A stretch of DNA of 64,000 bases. Origin: a virus. The stretch is from the IMG/VR virus record IMGVR_UViG_3300023180_000042, positions 1-64,000 of that record; one strand, written 5' to 3'. A program made the translations under genes and the position numbers. The notes below the pieces were generated by a model, which was not told the DNA's origin, did not search any database, and saw only the letters and a list, made by a program, of their open reading frames with translations. Positions 1-10,987 of this stretch are shown here, in pieces (within the stretch, counting starts at the first letter, position 1; each line of letters starts with the position of its first letter).

Positions 1-2
1 AC

Positions 3-779
3 CAGTTTACTCAAGGCACTACTGAAATTCTGGCAGGACAGAATTTGATCACTACTGCTGTGAATGAATGGGTAGCCGCATCGTCTACTGCAAACGTCAC
101 TGCACGTCATGTGAGTATGATTGGTCACAAAGGAACAATTGGTGGACCTTTGCTCGATCACTATGGCAAGACATACGGTGGTTTTCCTGCAGGTATTACA
201 AATCTTGCGACTTTCTATGGATCGCTTGTTGGTCGAGCGGTAGAAGCATTTCATGCAGACTATGCAATGTTTGCTTCGGGAGCAGGATTTTCTGTAAGTG
301 CAGGAAAGGCGGCTACAGCACTTAAAGCAATTGCATTGGGTGACGCACTGCCGCCTATTCCTGTGCCGCCTAAGCCTCCGATTATGCCTTTTATTCCACT
401 ACCGCCAACTGCACCAATTCCTAATCCAGCGATTGTCGAATTGCAGTTGTCATCGAGCAACTACGGTGTGCGCAACGTAGCAGTTGATCCTAAATTAAAG
501 GATAAGATACTTAAGTCTGATGATTATAAAGAACTCTTTAATTTCGATCCCACGATACATGAAGTTCGTTCGAAATTGCGTGATCCTCAACACTTCAACA
601 ACGGTGGGTTTACAAGTTATCTCGTGTCACAGGGTAAACTCAACAAAGACTTTAAAAAGAACATACCCAAGAACATCGGTCGATCTGCATCAAAGCAGGG
701 AACGATTCGATTTGGTACCAACTTAATTGGTAATAATCCTGCAGAAAACAGAAGCAAGCGATTCAGAGTGAATAAGTAA
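3..779 (+). CDS. C-terminal part of a baseplate hub (gp5-like) structural protein, 5'-truncated by the window
   Basis: Frame is open from position 3 (QFTQGTTEILAGQNLITTAV...). It lies upstream of gp25/gp6 as gp5 does in T4-like phages and contains a Pro-rich linker. Confidence 0.5.
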   Translation, partial: QFTQGTTEILAGQNLITTAVNEWVAASSTANVTARHVSMIGHKGTIGGPLLDHYGKTYGGFPAGITNLATFYGSLVGRAVEAFHADYAMFASGAGFSVSAGKAATALKAIALGDALPPIPVPPKPPIMPFIPLPPTAPIPNPAIVELQLSSSNYGVRNVAVDPKLKDKILKSDDYKELFNFDPTIHEVRSKLRDPQHFNNGGFTSYLVSQGKLNKDFKKNIPKNIGRSASKQGTIRFGTNLIGNNPAENRSKRFRVNK

Positions 780-1516
780 TGAAGATATTAGTTGATCCAC
801 AATATAATCCAGAGTTTGAGTCTACCATCACTTCAGCGACTAAACTAGGTCCCGGCATCACATGTGCTAAGTTTTTGGGCGCACGTGGTTCTCGTACACA
901 GTTTGAGAAGTTGTATGCACAAGGATTTTTTGGTGCGCCTGATCTAAAGCAGATTGCACGTAATCTTGTGCTACACGCAAACGCAATGAAGACTGTAATT
1001 GGTAACATAACATTCGGACAGCATCGACTAATTGTGTCTGAAGGCATCTACGAGCCAAATCCAAAATTTGAGATACAAGAAATACCAGCAGGCTCAAAAG
1101 ATCAAGCAAAGAAACTCGCACGTGAAAACGATGGTGGTTCTTTTGGTAAAGGACCTGATGGATGGATCGCACGTATTCCGTTATATGTTGGTGAACGACC
1201 CAGTGGTGGTAGCGTAAATGATCTAAGAAGAACAGGACGTGCAATCGTATATCAGTTGATTGATAAGAACGGCAAGACTGATCCACGCAAGACGTTTGAT
1301 CTAGCCGTGTTCTGGAAAGACTACATTGACTACGACAAACTGACCCTTGACTATGATACATTTGATCCAAACGGTGACTTGACTTGTCAGATTGTGTTGG
1401 AAATGCCCGAGGTTCCATCCAGCTACGATGTCTCTTATTCTTATAACGTTGAGACAACATATAACGGTGAACTTCAGACTAAAAACGAACTGCTTGAAAT
1501 TCTTCCTGAAGAATAA
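779..1516 (+). CDS. Baseplate-associated protein, possibly a degenerate peptidase M15-like fold
   Basis: 245-aa ORF coupled to the upstream stop (TAATG). The motif order KLGPGIT..ARNL..LIVSEGIY..GRAIVY..YDKLTLDY loosely resembles M15A peptidases but lacks clear Zn ligands. Confidence 0.4.
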   Translation: MKILVDPQYNPEFESTITSATKLGPGITCAKFLGARGSRTQFEKLYAQGFFGAPDLKQIARNLVLHANAMKTVIGNITFGQHRLIVSEGIYEPNPKFEIQEIPAGSKDQAKKLARENDGGSFGKGPDGWIARIPLYVGERPSGGSVNDLRRTGRAIVYQLIDKNGKTDPRKTFDLAVFWKDYIDYDKLTLDYDTFDPNGDLTCQIVLEMPEVPSSYDVSYSYNVETTYNGELQTKNELLEILPEE

Positions 1517-1524
1517 TATAAATA
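1517..1524 (+). promoter_or_regulatory. T4-type late promoter TATAAATA
   Basis: Exact TATAAATA just upstream of the gp25 gene; a gp55 late sigma factor is encoded in the window. Confidence 0.8.
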
Positions 1525-1549
1525 AACGAAAAAGGTTTTTAGGTTCACA

Positions 1550-2311
1550 ATGGCTAAAAAGTTTTCTACAGAAGATGGCAATCTAGACACGAGTATTCGC
1601 GTTGTTAAAAATCGTGACTACTCGGACCTTGACTTGTCTCTAAATGCCAGAACGCCAACTTCTGATGGAGATGTTTTTAAAAAGACTGACGCGGCTTCTG
1701 TAAAGCAAGCTGTCAAGAATTTGTTGATGACGAACAGATTCGAAAAGCCGTATCGTCCTAATTACGGTGCTGATCTTGGCGGTCTTTTATTTGAATTGAT
1801 GGATGAAGATACTGGTGAAGAAATCATCGGTAAAATCAAGAGCGCGATTCAACGTTATGAGCCTAGAGCTAAAGTATTAAATGTTAAAGTTGTAGCAACA
1901 CCAGATTACAATAACGTATCAGTAGTAGTTGAGTTTAGAGTAGTCGCCACTGGATTAGTTGAAACATTAAAAGTTTCTCTCAATCCTTCGACGCCGACTG
2001 AAATTCCTTCACTGCCGATTACGACTGAGCCGTTCATTATTTACAATGATATTATTAGAGGGGAAAATGGTGATCGTCTAGCAACTTATCGTGGCGATCT
2101 AGTTAAGCGTGATTTGGTAATACCGCCTCCTGATGCATTGCTGACAGATCCAGATTCGGACATGATCTTTGCACTGTTTAACGGCTTTATTGAAGGCGTG
2201 TTGTTGATTGACTCTGATCTTCTAGAAGGTATTCTTACTGTGCCTGATGAAGATCAGATTTCACTACAGAACGGTGTAGACTTCTTGCTACCAGAACAAG
2301 TTATCGATTAA
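1550..2311 (+). CDS. gp25: Baseplate wedge subunit gp25 with C-terminal extension
   Basis: YSDLDLSL..DVFKKTDAASVKQAVKNLLMTNRFEKPYRPNYGADL..LLFE..IQRYEPRAKV is the gp25/GPW motif; about 110 extra acidic residues follow. Confidence 0.9.
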   Translation: MAKKFSTEDGNLDTSIRVVKNRDYSDLDLSLNARTPTSDGDVFKKTDAASVKQAVKNLLMTNRFEKPYRPNYGADLGGLLFELMDEDTGEEIIGKIKSAIQRYEPRAKVLNVKVVATPDYNNVSVVVEFRVVATGLVETLKVSLNPSTPTEIPSLPITTEPFIIYNDIIRGENGDRLATYRGDLVKRDLVIPPPDALLTDPDSDMIFALFNGFIEGVLLIDSDLLEGILTVPDEDQISLQNGVDFLLPEQVID

Positions 2312-2323
2312 TCGGAGTAAAAA

Positions 2324-4108
2324 ATGGCGACTACCATTAAGTCAACAGAACTAGATTTTAACACGATCAAGAACAACTTGAAACTGTTCTTGGCACAGAA
2401 ACCGGAGTTTGCGGACTACAACTTCGAAGCATCTGGCTTGTCAAATCTATTGGATGTACTCGCCTATAATACGCACTACAATGCACTGATGGCAAACTTT
2501 GCTCTGAACGAATCGTTTCTGAGTTCTGCTCAATTGAGATCGTCGCTCGTTGGTCTTGCTGGAGGCTTGGGTTATAACGTCGGCTCAAGAAAAGCTTCGT
2601 TTGCAGTGGTAAATCTAAGCATCACGAATAACGATAATCCATCTTCAATGACCATTCCTTCTGGTACAAAATTCACTACGACAATTAACAGCAAAAGTTA
2701 TACTTTTCAAACACGAGATGCACTCATTGCACTCGCTGATGGCACAGGCGTTTATCAGTTTACGTTAAATGGTAATCGAAATATTCCTATCTATGAAGGC
2801 GTGACAAAACGTAAGACGTTTATTGCGGGCCCGTCAAGTGAGAACGACACCTATGTAATTCCTGTTAAGAACCTTGATCTTGACACTGTAATCGTACGTG
2901 TGTACGATAGTGTCACATCTAATCGATACGATCAATACATTAATATTTTTGACACAACCACAATTGATGAAACGTCACGAATCTACGTCATGAAAGAATC
3001 GCCCAACGGCTACTATGAATTGACATTTGGTAATGGCGTTCGTCTTGGTCGATTCCCTCAAGCAGGTGACAAGATCGAAGTCATTTACTCTGCTGTTGCT
3101 GGACCAGAAGCAAATGGTGGTAAAACGTTTGTTCCCACAACAACCATTGACGGAAAAACAGTAAACGTCACTACGGTTTCTGTATCTTCAGCTGGTTCGT
3201 TTAAGGAAGAAATTGAGTCTATTCGAAAGAATGCTCCTTTTCAATGGGCAGCCCAGAATAGAATGGTGACATCACAAGACTATGCCGCACTCATTAGACG
3301 AAACTTTTCTAATGTGGTAGGTGACATTAAAGCGTGGGGTGGTGAAGATAATATACCTGCTGATTATGGTTCAGTGTATCTGTCAATCGTGTTCAACACA
3401 GAGGATGACGTGGTGATTGAGAACACGAAAAGTGACATCACTGCACTTGCTGACGATTTGTCGATTGCCTCGTTTGATGTTAAATTCACAGATCCTGTCG
3501 AAACATTCCTTGAAGTTGCCACAGTATTTCAATTTAATCCACAATTAACATCACTAGATCAAACAACAGTTGAAAATCAAGTGTTGGCGGCGATGCAGAA
3601 TTATTTCGACACAAGCACAGGTGGATTTAATCAGTCTTTCCGTCGTTCTAATATGCTAACAGATATCGACGCTTCAGACGATTCGATTTTGTCGAGTAGG
3701 GCTGATATTAAGATGCAAGCTAGATTCGTACCAAACGGTTCTCCATCACAAACAATTTTTTACTCTTCTGCAATTTCTGTTCCAGATGATGCAACTTATA
3801 TCATACAGTCAGATCCATTTAATTTTAGAAGCAAAGTTTGTGTCTTAAGAAATCGTCTCGATTCTAATATTATGGAAATTATCGAAATTGCCACAGGAAA
3901 TCCTTTGATTGACAACATCGGTACGTACGATGCTATAAACGGAACAATTACATTGCTTAACTTTACTGGCACTATTTTAAATGGCGCATACATTAGAGTT
4001 GTGGCAACACCTGCGAATCCATCTGTGATTAGCCCTTTGAGAAATAACATTGTTCGTTATGATAATCAAGCATCACGTGCACGTGCAGTTATCACAGATA
4101 CGTTATAA
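2324..4108 (+). CDS. gp6: Baseplate wedge subunit gp6
   Basis: ELDFNTIKNNLK..DYNFEASGLSNLLDVLAYNTHYNA..ESFLSSAQLRSS and QNRMVTSQDY are gp6 hallmarks. Confidence 0.95.
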   Translation: MATTIKSTELDFNTIKNNLKLFLAQKPEFADYNFEASGLSNLLDVLAYNTHYNALMANFALNESFLSSAQLRSSLVGLAGGLGYNVGSRKASFAVVNLSITNNDNPSSMTIPSGTKFTTTINSKSYTFQTRDALIALADGTGVYQFTLNGNRNIPIYEGVTKRKTFIAGPSSENDTYVIPVKNLDLDTVIVRVYDSVTSNRYDQYINIFDTTTIDETSRIYVMKESPNGYYELTFGNGVRLGRFPQAGDKIEVIYSAVAGPEANGGKTFVPTTTIDGKTVNVTTVSVSSAGSFKEEIESIRKNAPFQWAAQNRMVTSQDYAALIRRNFSNVVGDIKAWGGEDNIPADYGSVYLSIVFNTEDDVVIENTKSDITALADDLSIASFDVKFTDPVETFLEVATVFQFNPQLTSLDQTTVENQVLAAMQNYFDTSTGGFNQSFRRSNMLTDIDASDDSILSSRADIKMQARFVPNGSPSQTIFYSSAISVPDDATYIIQSDPFNFRSKVCVLRNRLDSNIMEIIEIATGNPLIDNIGTYDAINGTITLLNFTGTILNGAYIRVVATPANPSVISPLRNNIVRYDNQASRARAVITDTL

Positions 4109-4111
4109 ATA
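4104..4111 (+). promoter_or_regulatory. T4-type late promoter TATAAATA
   Basis: Exact motif overlapping the gp6 stop, upstream of gp8. Confidence 0.8.
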
Positions 4112-4135
4112 GAACATCGTTAAAGAGAATTACTT

Positions 4136-5512
4136 ATGCCAGCATCCGCAACTAACAGTATGAGAGAACACTTATTGACTCTGTTTAAAGCAGATGTTGA
4201 TAGTTCGTCTCCACCTTATCATATAGGAATTGCTAGATCAGATCCCGTCGGTCCTGCTGATGGAATTACTGAGACGACTGTGGGCTCGCAATTCAATCAG
4301 GAAAAGTTTAGACACACGTTGCAGTCAGTCAAAATTATGAGTAATGCATCGTATGTAATTCCTGTTGTTAATTGGGAAAGTGGAGAAGTGTATGAAGCAT
4401 ACGATAACAATAATCCGTTTCAGACAAATTTCTACGTAATTAACAGTGCCCGTGAAGTGTTCTTGTGTCTTGAGCAAGGTCGCTTGGATGATGGCAGTAT
4501 TCAGCCTGCATTTACTGAGCCTACTTCTTTTCAAGCAAAGAATCAAGCAAAGTCTTTTAGAACGAGTGATGGCTATCTTTGGCGTTTCATGTACACGATC
4601 AGTAACTTTGCGGCTGGTAGTTTTCAGACAAGACAGTATGCACCAGTCAAGCAAATTGTAGACACAGGAACCACAATTCCTGAAGAGATTCAACAACTGA
4701 ATTTGCAAGATAGTGCTATTGGCGGACAGATTCTAGGCGTTATCATTGACAGTGGTGGTGATAATTATACGAACCCTACACTTACGTTCACAGGAAATGG
4801 TGCGGGCGCTCGATTCGTTGCTGATATTTTTGACAACAGAATCGTAAATGTAAGATGTGACTCAAACGGTATTGGTGGATTCTTGCACGGTGCTGACTAT
4901 GACTATGCATCGATCATTGTTACAGATCCAGGCGGTGGTTCAGGAGCATCTTTGAGGCCCGTAATTGCACCCAGAGTAGGACTTGGCGCAGATCCAGTTC
5001 GTGATCTTAAGTGTCGCCAACTCATGCTACAGACCGATTTTATTGGTCGTGAAGAAAACACTATCGTAGCCAATGATTGCGAGTTTTATCAAGTTGGTAT
5101 TATCAAGGGCTTAACACGATACGGTACTGATTCTGCATTTAATGGAAATACAGGACAAGTCTCAAAAATCTTGACCGTAAACGAAGTCACCGGCGCTTGG
5201 GTAGAAGGTGATACTTTTTCTAATGCTGAAGAAACAATCACTGGTAAAATTCTCTATCTAGATACACAGACTCTTTATTACTATCAAGACGTTGAAACAG
5301 GATTCGAAAGACCTCAAGCGGCTAACGGCTCTTTCGTTGCTGGAATGGCATTGACCAATGAGCAAGGTGGCACAGCAACGATTACAGGTGTTGTTAATCC
5401 CGATGTTGACGCATATTCAGGTGAAATTTTATACATAAATACACTTGAAGATGGAGTCACTCGGGAAGCAGATCAAACCGAAGACATTAGAATAGTTATT
5501 CAATTAGGATAA
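4136..5512 (+). CDS. gp8: Baseplate wedge subunit gp8
   Basis: NWESGEVYEAYD..FYVINS..VFLCL..EPT..TSDGYLWRFMYTI and the C-terminal SGEILYIN..R..DQTEDIRIVIQL are typical of gp8 in marine T4-like phages. Confidence 0.85.
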   Translation: MPASATNSMREHLLTLFKADVDSSSPPYHIGIARSDPVGPADGITETTVGSQFNQEKFRHTLQSVKIMSNASYVIPVVNWESGEVYEAYDNNNPFQTNFYVINSAREVFLCLEQGRLDDGSIQPAFTEPTSFQAKNQAKSFRTSDGYLWRFMYTISNFAAGSFQTRQYAPVKQIVDTGTTIPEEIQQLNLQDSAIGGQILGVIIDSGGDNYTNPTLTFTGNGAGARFVADIFDNRIVNVRCDSNGIGGFLHGADYDYASIIVTDPGGGSGASLRPVIAPRVGLGADPVRDLKCRQLMLQTDFIGREENTIVANDCEFYQVGIIKGLTRYGTDSAFNGNTGQVSKILTVNEVTGAWVEGDTFSNAEETITGKILYLDTQTLYYYQDVETGFERPQAANGSFVAGMALTNEQGGTATITGVVNPDVDAYSGEILYINTLEDGVTREADQTEDIRIVIQLG

Positions 5513-5515
5513 AAA

Positions 5516-8500
5516 ATGGCTACAGAATTTACATCCAATACGCTATCTGGTATTTACTCAGATGATTTTAATGAGGATAACAATTTTCATCAAATCCTCT
5601 TTAACAATGGTCGCGCTCTTCAAGCGCGGGAGCTAACACAGCTTCAATCAATCATCTTTCAAGAATTAGCCAGATTTGGTAAGAACGTCTTTAAAGAAGG
5701 CGCTGTAGTCAATACAGGCGGTATGGCTGTTAATGCCAACATTGACTATATTAAAGTCTCGGCTGTAAATGCTGGCGGTGCATTCGCAGACATTCCTATT
5801 GGCACTGTTTTTAAGAACACAAGCACCGGCTTAGAAGCAAAAGTACTAGATGTAAAACCCAGAAATGTTGACGATGGATTTGTTCTTGATACGCTTTATG
5901 TACAGTATGTAAATTCTGGTGGCACTACAAATTCACAATTTGGTGATGGTGATGTGCTGTTCGATCAGTCTGGTGGTGGCTATCAGATCACTACCGAAAT
6001 TCCTAATGCTACGGGTAAAGGAGTCAGGTTCACTATAGGTGAGGGCGATTTCTTTGTTCTTGGTCACTTTGTTCACACTGTTGAACAATCGATCATTCTG
6101 TCTCCTTATACACAATCAGCAACAACGACGATTGGTTTTAAAGTTATTCAAGATGTTGTTACTGTCAATGATGATGTCAATTTATTCGACAATGCAAATG
6201 GTATTGTCAATACGGCATCTCCTGGTGCAGATCGTTTAAGAATTAGACTACAACTTACTGAACTGAGTAAGATAACCGAGAACGACACCTTCGTATTCGT
6301 CTGCAACATTGAGAATTCAAAAATCGTTGAGCAAGTCAAAGAGATTGACGCTTACAACACTGTCAACGATTTGATTGCACAAAGAACGTTTGAAGAGTCT
6401 GGTAACTATGTAGTTGAACCATTCGTTGCAAGTGTTGATGAAGGTACTTTCGTGTATCTTGATTCTAGTTTTGATTTAATTTTATCATCTGGAATGGCAT
6501 ATGTCAACGGTTATCGTGTTGAAAAAATTGCACCAACTCGCTTAAAAGTACCTAAGCCTAAGACAACTGAAACAGTAGAAAACGATGTTATTCCTGTTAC
6601 CTATGGTAACTATCTACTTGCAGACAGTCAGCGTGGTTTGATGGGTGGTCAATTTCACGATAATGTATATGAGTTTTATGATGACTTTGCTGGTCCTGCT
6701 TCAGGCACTTCACTAGGTTCTGCAAGAATTAGACAGGTGGAGAAAGCCGACGGTAACTATCGAGTTTATGTCTATGACGTACGGATCGATTCGGACAAGT
6801 CGTTAAGAGATGCCAAAGTACTTGCGAATACTACATCTGACAAATGGAGCTTAAAGCTTGAAGATAATGGTGCACACTTATATGCATCAACTCAAGATAA
6901 CAATCTTTTGTTCCCGCTGTCCCGTCCTCGTCCTGAGTCTTTTTCTGATATTGTATTGACGAAACAAAGACTGCAAGAATTTATTGTAGCCGATGGTAGT
7001 GGTGTTCTTACATTAAACACTCTGCCTGTAGGACAATCATATGTCGATACAACTCTATGGATCGTTGCTGACTCTGCGGCTATTTCACACACCGTATTAA
7101 CACCTACGAACAGTGGTCGAGATGTGCAAATTTCGGGCGCAATTCCAGGCGATACTTACTCTGTTCTGTGCTATGTTCAAAAGACAGGCACACGAAAAGC
7201 TAAGACTGACACTTTCGTCAATGGCGGAAAACTTACAGTAGCATACGATTCAGCGGCTAGACAATACTACTATCAATTTCCATACGTCGATGTGCATGAA
7301 GTAAGGAACGTTAATGTAACCAACATCGATGGACGCGATATGTCAGGCGATGTCCGTTTAGATTGTGGTATACGTGATAATTACTATGCAAAGAGTAGAC
7401 TGATTCTGAATGGTGATTACGATAGTGTTCCCACAACATTGCACGTCGATTACTCTTACTATGCACGTGGTGGCGGTGGTGATTTTTATGACGCTACTTC
7501 TTATCCAGATAACATAATATTTGCTAATAATATTGGTGGTGTCGTAGATCAAATTCAGCAAGACGGTACTGTAATTAATATTGCTAACTATCTCGACTTT
7601 AGACCCGACGAAACGTCTGGTGCTTTTAGTGCTTTTGAACTTCCTAGAAATGGGAGCAACATTACAGCGGATGTTAGTTATTGGTTACCAAGAGCAGATA
7701 AAGTTATTCTGACTCAAGAGGGTGAAGTTCAAGTTCTGATGGGTCAACCAGCAGGCAATCCACAGTACAAGCCAACTCCAGACAATACGCTTGAACTTGC
7801 CAAAATCTTAATAAACGGCAATATGCATGCCTTTGATGACTTGCGTATTACACCTGTCGAGCATCGACGCTATACGATGGCTGACATTGCAAAACTTGAG
7901 GCAAAGGTCGATGAGTTACAAGAATACACCGATCTGAGTCTTTTAGAACTTGAGCAAAAATTGTTTGCGGCACTTGACAGTGTTGGTAATGCAAGAGCCG
8001 AGTGTTGCAATCTCTGTGATGATCACTCGGATCAGACGGGTGCGGATACGAACAATCCCGATTACTCTGCATCTCTGGATCCAGAAAACAAATTGATTCG
8101 TCCTACATTTGATGAGAACAACATTCGACTTATTATCGACACTTCACTTTCTTCGGGAATTGTTAAGAAGGGCGATAATGTCTATCTGACACATGACTCA
8201 GAAGCTTGGGCAACTCAGGATCTTGCTTCTACTACTGTTAAAGTTAATCCATTTGGATTGGTTGATAACGTAGGCACACTGAAGCTATCTCCCACTTCTG
8301 ACGAGTGGAAAGATCCAGCACGTGCTGATCGTGCTGTGCCTGGTCAAGGTCGTCTTGATCGTAGACAAGCATATCTATGGAACAACTGGACTTGGAACTG
8401 GGCAGGTCGTTCTGCTGAAGACCTCGAATATTGGAATCCTTACTTTGATAACTCGATTATTGGGATTCGTCGAAGAAGGCTCGTTGAGCTAAGAGAGCGT

Positions 8501-10987
8501 TATTATTCTGGTCGAAATCAGGTCTCTCGATTCAGTGGTCGATTTGTGTCACGAGTTGTGCCTTCTGACACTCTACGTCAAGCAGTTGGCAATCGTGTTA
8601 TCGATGTTGCATTAATTCCCTGGATGCGCTCTAGAAAGATTTATTTCCACGCTAAGGGATTGAAGCCAAACACTAGACATTATCCTTTCTTTGATGGGAA
8701 AGAAGTTTCTGAATGGTGTCGTGAAGAGCCTGCATTCTTGATGTGGTCTGATCGTGATGATCAAACTGATCCACAAACTAGTTATTGGACAGACGAACAT
8801 CCTGATGGACAATCGCAGTTGATTTCTGACGCGAACGGTGAAATCATTGGTTCTTTCTGGATTCCAAACCCCGCAATAGAATGGAACGTCAGAGCGACAG
8901 ATCGAGAAACACAGTATAAATCACCAAATTTTTATTTTAGAGCAGGCATTCGCGAATTCAAATTACTAGACACCAGTGTTAATGATTGGGGTCGAGCAGA
9001 TAGTAAGTGCTTTGCATACTATGCGGCTGTTGGTGCAATCTGGCATCACTGGAATAATTTGATTACGACTAGACCTTGGGGTTACTGGTGGCCATTGTCG
9101 TACTGGGTTCACTGGGCTCAGATTTACAGTCCAAAAGAACTCAGAAATACACTCGATCAAATACGATCATCGGCTATAAATCTTGTTGATCCTAAATTGT
9201 CAGGTCTCTATGGTCCTGCGCAAGCTGGACTATCAGCGGCAGCTCTTACTGGCCTTGATGCAAATGGTCAAATGTCGCAGATTCTTTCTGACTACATTGA
9301 CGTTGATGCAAATCAGTTTGCAGAAGGATCACCAGCTACTACTATTACAGCGCCACAGAATCCTATGGCACAAACATTTTTCGTTGACAATCAGTTTGGC
9401 GTTACACTGACAAGTCTGCAACTGTACTTCAAAGCAAAAGATGACACGCTTCCTGTTCAGATTCATTTGCGTCCTGTTATTAACGGTAAGCCTGCACACA
9501 ACGAAATTGTTCCTGATTCTCAAGTTGTTTTGAAATCGAGTCAGGTTAGAGTTGTTGGTGAAGATCCTACGTTGGCTGTTATTCAAGAGCGTCCCACAAC
9601 GTTTACGTTCGATGAGCCAGTCTATCTGAAGCCTTGGACATCGTACGCAATTGTTGTGACTTCACAGTCGACCGACTATGAACTGTTTAGTTCTAGAACA
9701 TTGCTACCCGTATTCGGTTCAACTTCGCGAATCACATCGACGCAGAATGCTCCCGGAGCATTGTATCTGCCTCAGAACGGTCTTTCTTGGATCGAAGCAA
9801 AGGATCAGGATCTGATGTATGTTTTGAATCGTGCGAAGTTTGATCTTGGTGGTGGTAGTTTGATTCTGAAAAATGCACCGTTACCTCCAAAACTTCTTGG
9901 TCAAGCTGATCCGACAAAACAATCGCCGAAGCCAAATATTGAAACATTTGCAGGAACGAGAAAAATCTACGTGCATCACGCTAATCATGGTTTAGAACCA
10001 GGCGATCTTTGTAGACTCGACAGTGTTGCTAGTCTTGACTTTGGCGTAAGCGGCTATGCAGGTAGCATTGAAGGTTCTGGTGTATTCACTAATTCAAGTT
10101 CAATCGTATCGTACATCGAAGGAGCACACACAGTGGACTCTGTTGATGTGAATGGTTACTCATTCACTTATGATGTCTTACATCCAGTAGAAACATCATC
10201 AGGTCTCGGTAGTAGTCATAAAACATTATCCAGACGCAACGCTATCTTTAGCACCGCGATGCCTACAATCGAAACTGTAGTTCCGAACTTTACATCAATC
10301 GATGCTGGAGCTAAGTGGTCAGAAGGCAAGATGTTGTCGAGTACTAGAATCAATGCGGCTGGACGATGGAGCCAAGATGCGGATTACTCTAGAGTCACAT
10401 TGATGCAAAACATCGACTTCGACACTCCAAAGGCTATTTACAATCTAGCGGCTGAGGAAGCGAATTTCGGTGCTGGAGTCAGATCAGTATACTTCAAGCT
10501 TGATTTGAAAACATCGAATGATTATGTTTCACCTATCGTCGATATGCAGAGAGCATCTTTGACGCTTGCTGGATTCAAGCTTGACAATCCAACCGTAACA
10601 CCAGGAATTATCTCAGTCGATGAGACAAATCCGACTTCAGGAACAACGGGTTCGAAGCACATTACAACACCTGTATTCCTCGAACAAGATGCTGTAGGCA
10701 TTGATGTCAGAGCGTTAGTAAATATTCCTAATGATGCTGATATCTTGTGTTACTACAGAACTGCTGGTGCAGACGAAAATATACAAGATAAGTATTGGAT
10801 ATATCAGGAGAAAGTTGATAATATCCCATACGACAATTCTCAAGTATATCGAGATGCACAATGGTTGCCTGGTGGTCTAGGTGGTACTCTGAAGCCATTT
10901 AATCAAGCACAGTTTAAGTTTGTGTTTGTGGGTGGCGATAGAGCACCCTCTATTAAGAACCTGAGATACAGATATCTGGCAGTGTAA
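5516..10987 (+). CDS. Large VrlC-like (DUF4815-type) virion structural protein
   Basis: YSDDFNEDNNFHQILFNNGRALQARELTQLQSI, PGADRLRI, RTFEESGNY, RRYTMADIAKLE and PMAQTFFV motifs; position after gp8. Confidence 0.85.
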   Translation: MATEFTSNTLSGIYSDDFNEDNNFHQILFNNGRALQARELTQLQSIIFQELARFGKNVFKEGAVVNTGGMAVNANIDYIKVSAVNAGGAFADIPIGTVFKNTSTGLEAKVLDVKPRNVDDGFVLDTLYVQYVNSGGTTNSQFGDGDVLFDQSGGGYQITTEIPNATGKGVRFTIGEGDFFVLGHFVHTVEQSIILSPYTQSATTTIGFKVIQDVVTVNDDVNLFDNANGIVNTASPGADRLRIRLQLTELSKITENDTFVFVCNIENSKIVEQVKEIDAYNTVNDLIAQRTFEESGNYVVEPFVASVDEGTFVYLDSSFDLILSSGMAYVNGYRVEKIAPTRLKVPKPKTTETVENDVIPVTYGNYLLADSQRGLMGGQFHDNVYEFYDDFAGPASGTSLGSARIRQVEKADGNYRVYVYDVRIDSDKSLRDAKVLANTTSDKWSLKLEDNGAHLYASTQDNNLLFPLSRPRPESFSDIVLTKQRLQEFIVADGSGVLTLNTLPVGQSYVDTTLWIVADSAAISHTVLTPTNSGRDVQISGAIPGDTYSVLCYVQKTGTRKAKTDTFVNGGKLTVAYDSAARQYYYQFPYVDVHEVRNVNVTNIDGRDMSGDVRLDCGIRDNYYAKSRLILNGDYDSVPTTLHVDYSYYARGGGGDFYDATSYPDNIIFANNIGGVVDQIQQDGTVINIANYLDFRPDETSGAFSAFELPRNGSNITADVSYWLPRADKVILTQEGEVQVLMGQPAGNPQYKPTPDNTLELAKILINGNMHAFDDLRITPVEHRRYTMADIAKLEAKVDELQEYTDLSLLELEQKLFAALDSVGNARAECCNLCDDHSDQTGADTNNPDYSASLDPENKLIRPTFDENNIRLIIDTSLSSGIVKKGDNVYLTHDSEAWATQDLASTTVKVNPFGLVDNVGTLKLSPTSDEWKDPARADRAVPGQGRLDRRQAYLWNNWTWNWAGRSAEDLEYWNPYFDNSIIGIRRRRLVELRERYYSGRNQVSRFSGRFVSRVVPSDTLRQAVGNRVIDVALIPWMRSRKIYFHAKGLKPNTRHYPFFDGKEVSEWCREEPAFLMWSDRDDQTDPQTSYWTDEHPDGQSQLISDANGEIIGSFWIPNPAIEWNVRATDRETQYKSPNFYFRAGIREFKLLDTSVNDWGRADSKCFAYYAAVGAIWHHWNNLITTRPWGYWWPLSYWVHWAQIYSPKELRNTLDQIRSSAINLVDPKLSGLYGPAQAGLSAAALTGLDANGQMSQILSDYIDVDANQFAEGSPATTITAPQNPMAQTFFVDNQFGVTLTSLQLYFKAKDDTLPVQIHLRPVINGKPAHNEIVPDSQVVLKSSQVRVVGEDPTLAVIQERPTTFTFDEPVYLKPWTSYAIVVTSQSTDYELFSSRTLLPVFGSTSRITSTQNAPGALYLPQNGLSWIEAKDQDLMYVLNRAKFDLGGGSLILKNAPLPPKLLGQADPTKQSPKPNIETFAGTRKIYVHHANHGLEPGDLCRLDSVASLDFGVSGYAGSIEGSGVFTNSSSIVSYIEGAHTVDSVDVNGYSFTYDVLHPVETSSGLGSSHKTLSRRNAIFSTAMPTIETVVPNFTSIDAGAKWSEGKMLSSTRINAAGRWSQDADYSRVTLMQNIDFDTPKAIYNLAAEEANFGAGVRSVYFKLDLKTSNDYVSPIVDMQRASLTLAGFKLDNPTVTPGIISVDETNPTSGTTGSKHITTPVFLEQDAVGIDVRALVNIPNDADILCYYRTAGADENIQDKYWIYQEKVDNIPYDNSQVYRDAQWLPGGLGGTLKPFNQAQFKFVFVGGDRAPSIKNLRYRYLAV

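Noticed and set aside
867-1460. 197-aa minus-strand ORF and the many other short overlapping ORFs in the track
   Set aside because: They overlap well-supported plus-strand genes and lack RBSs or plausible protein composition.
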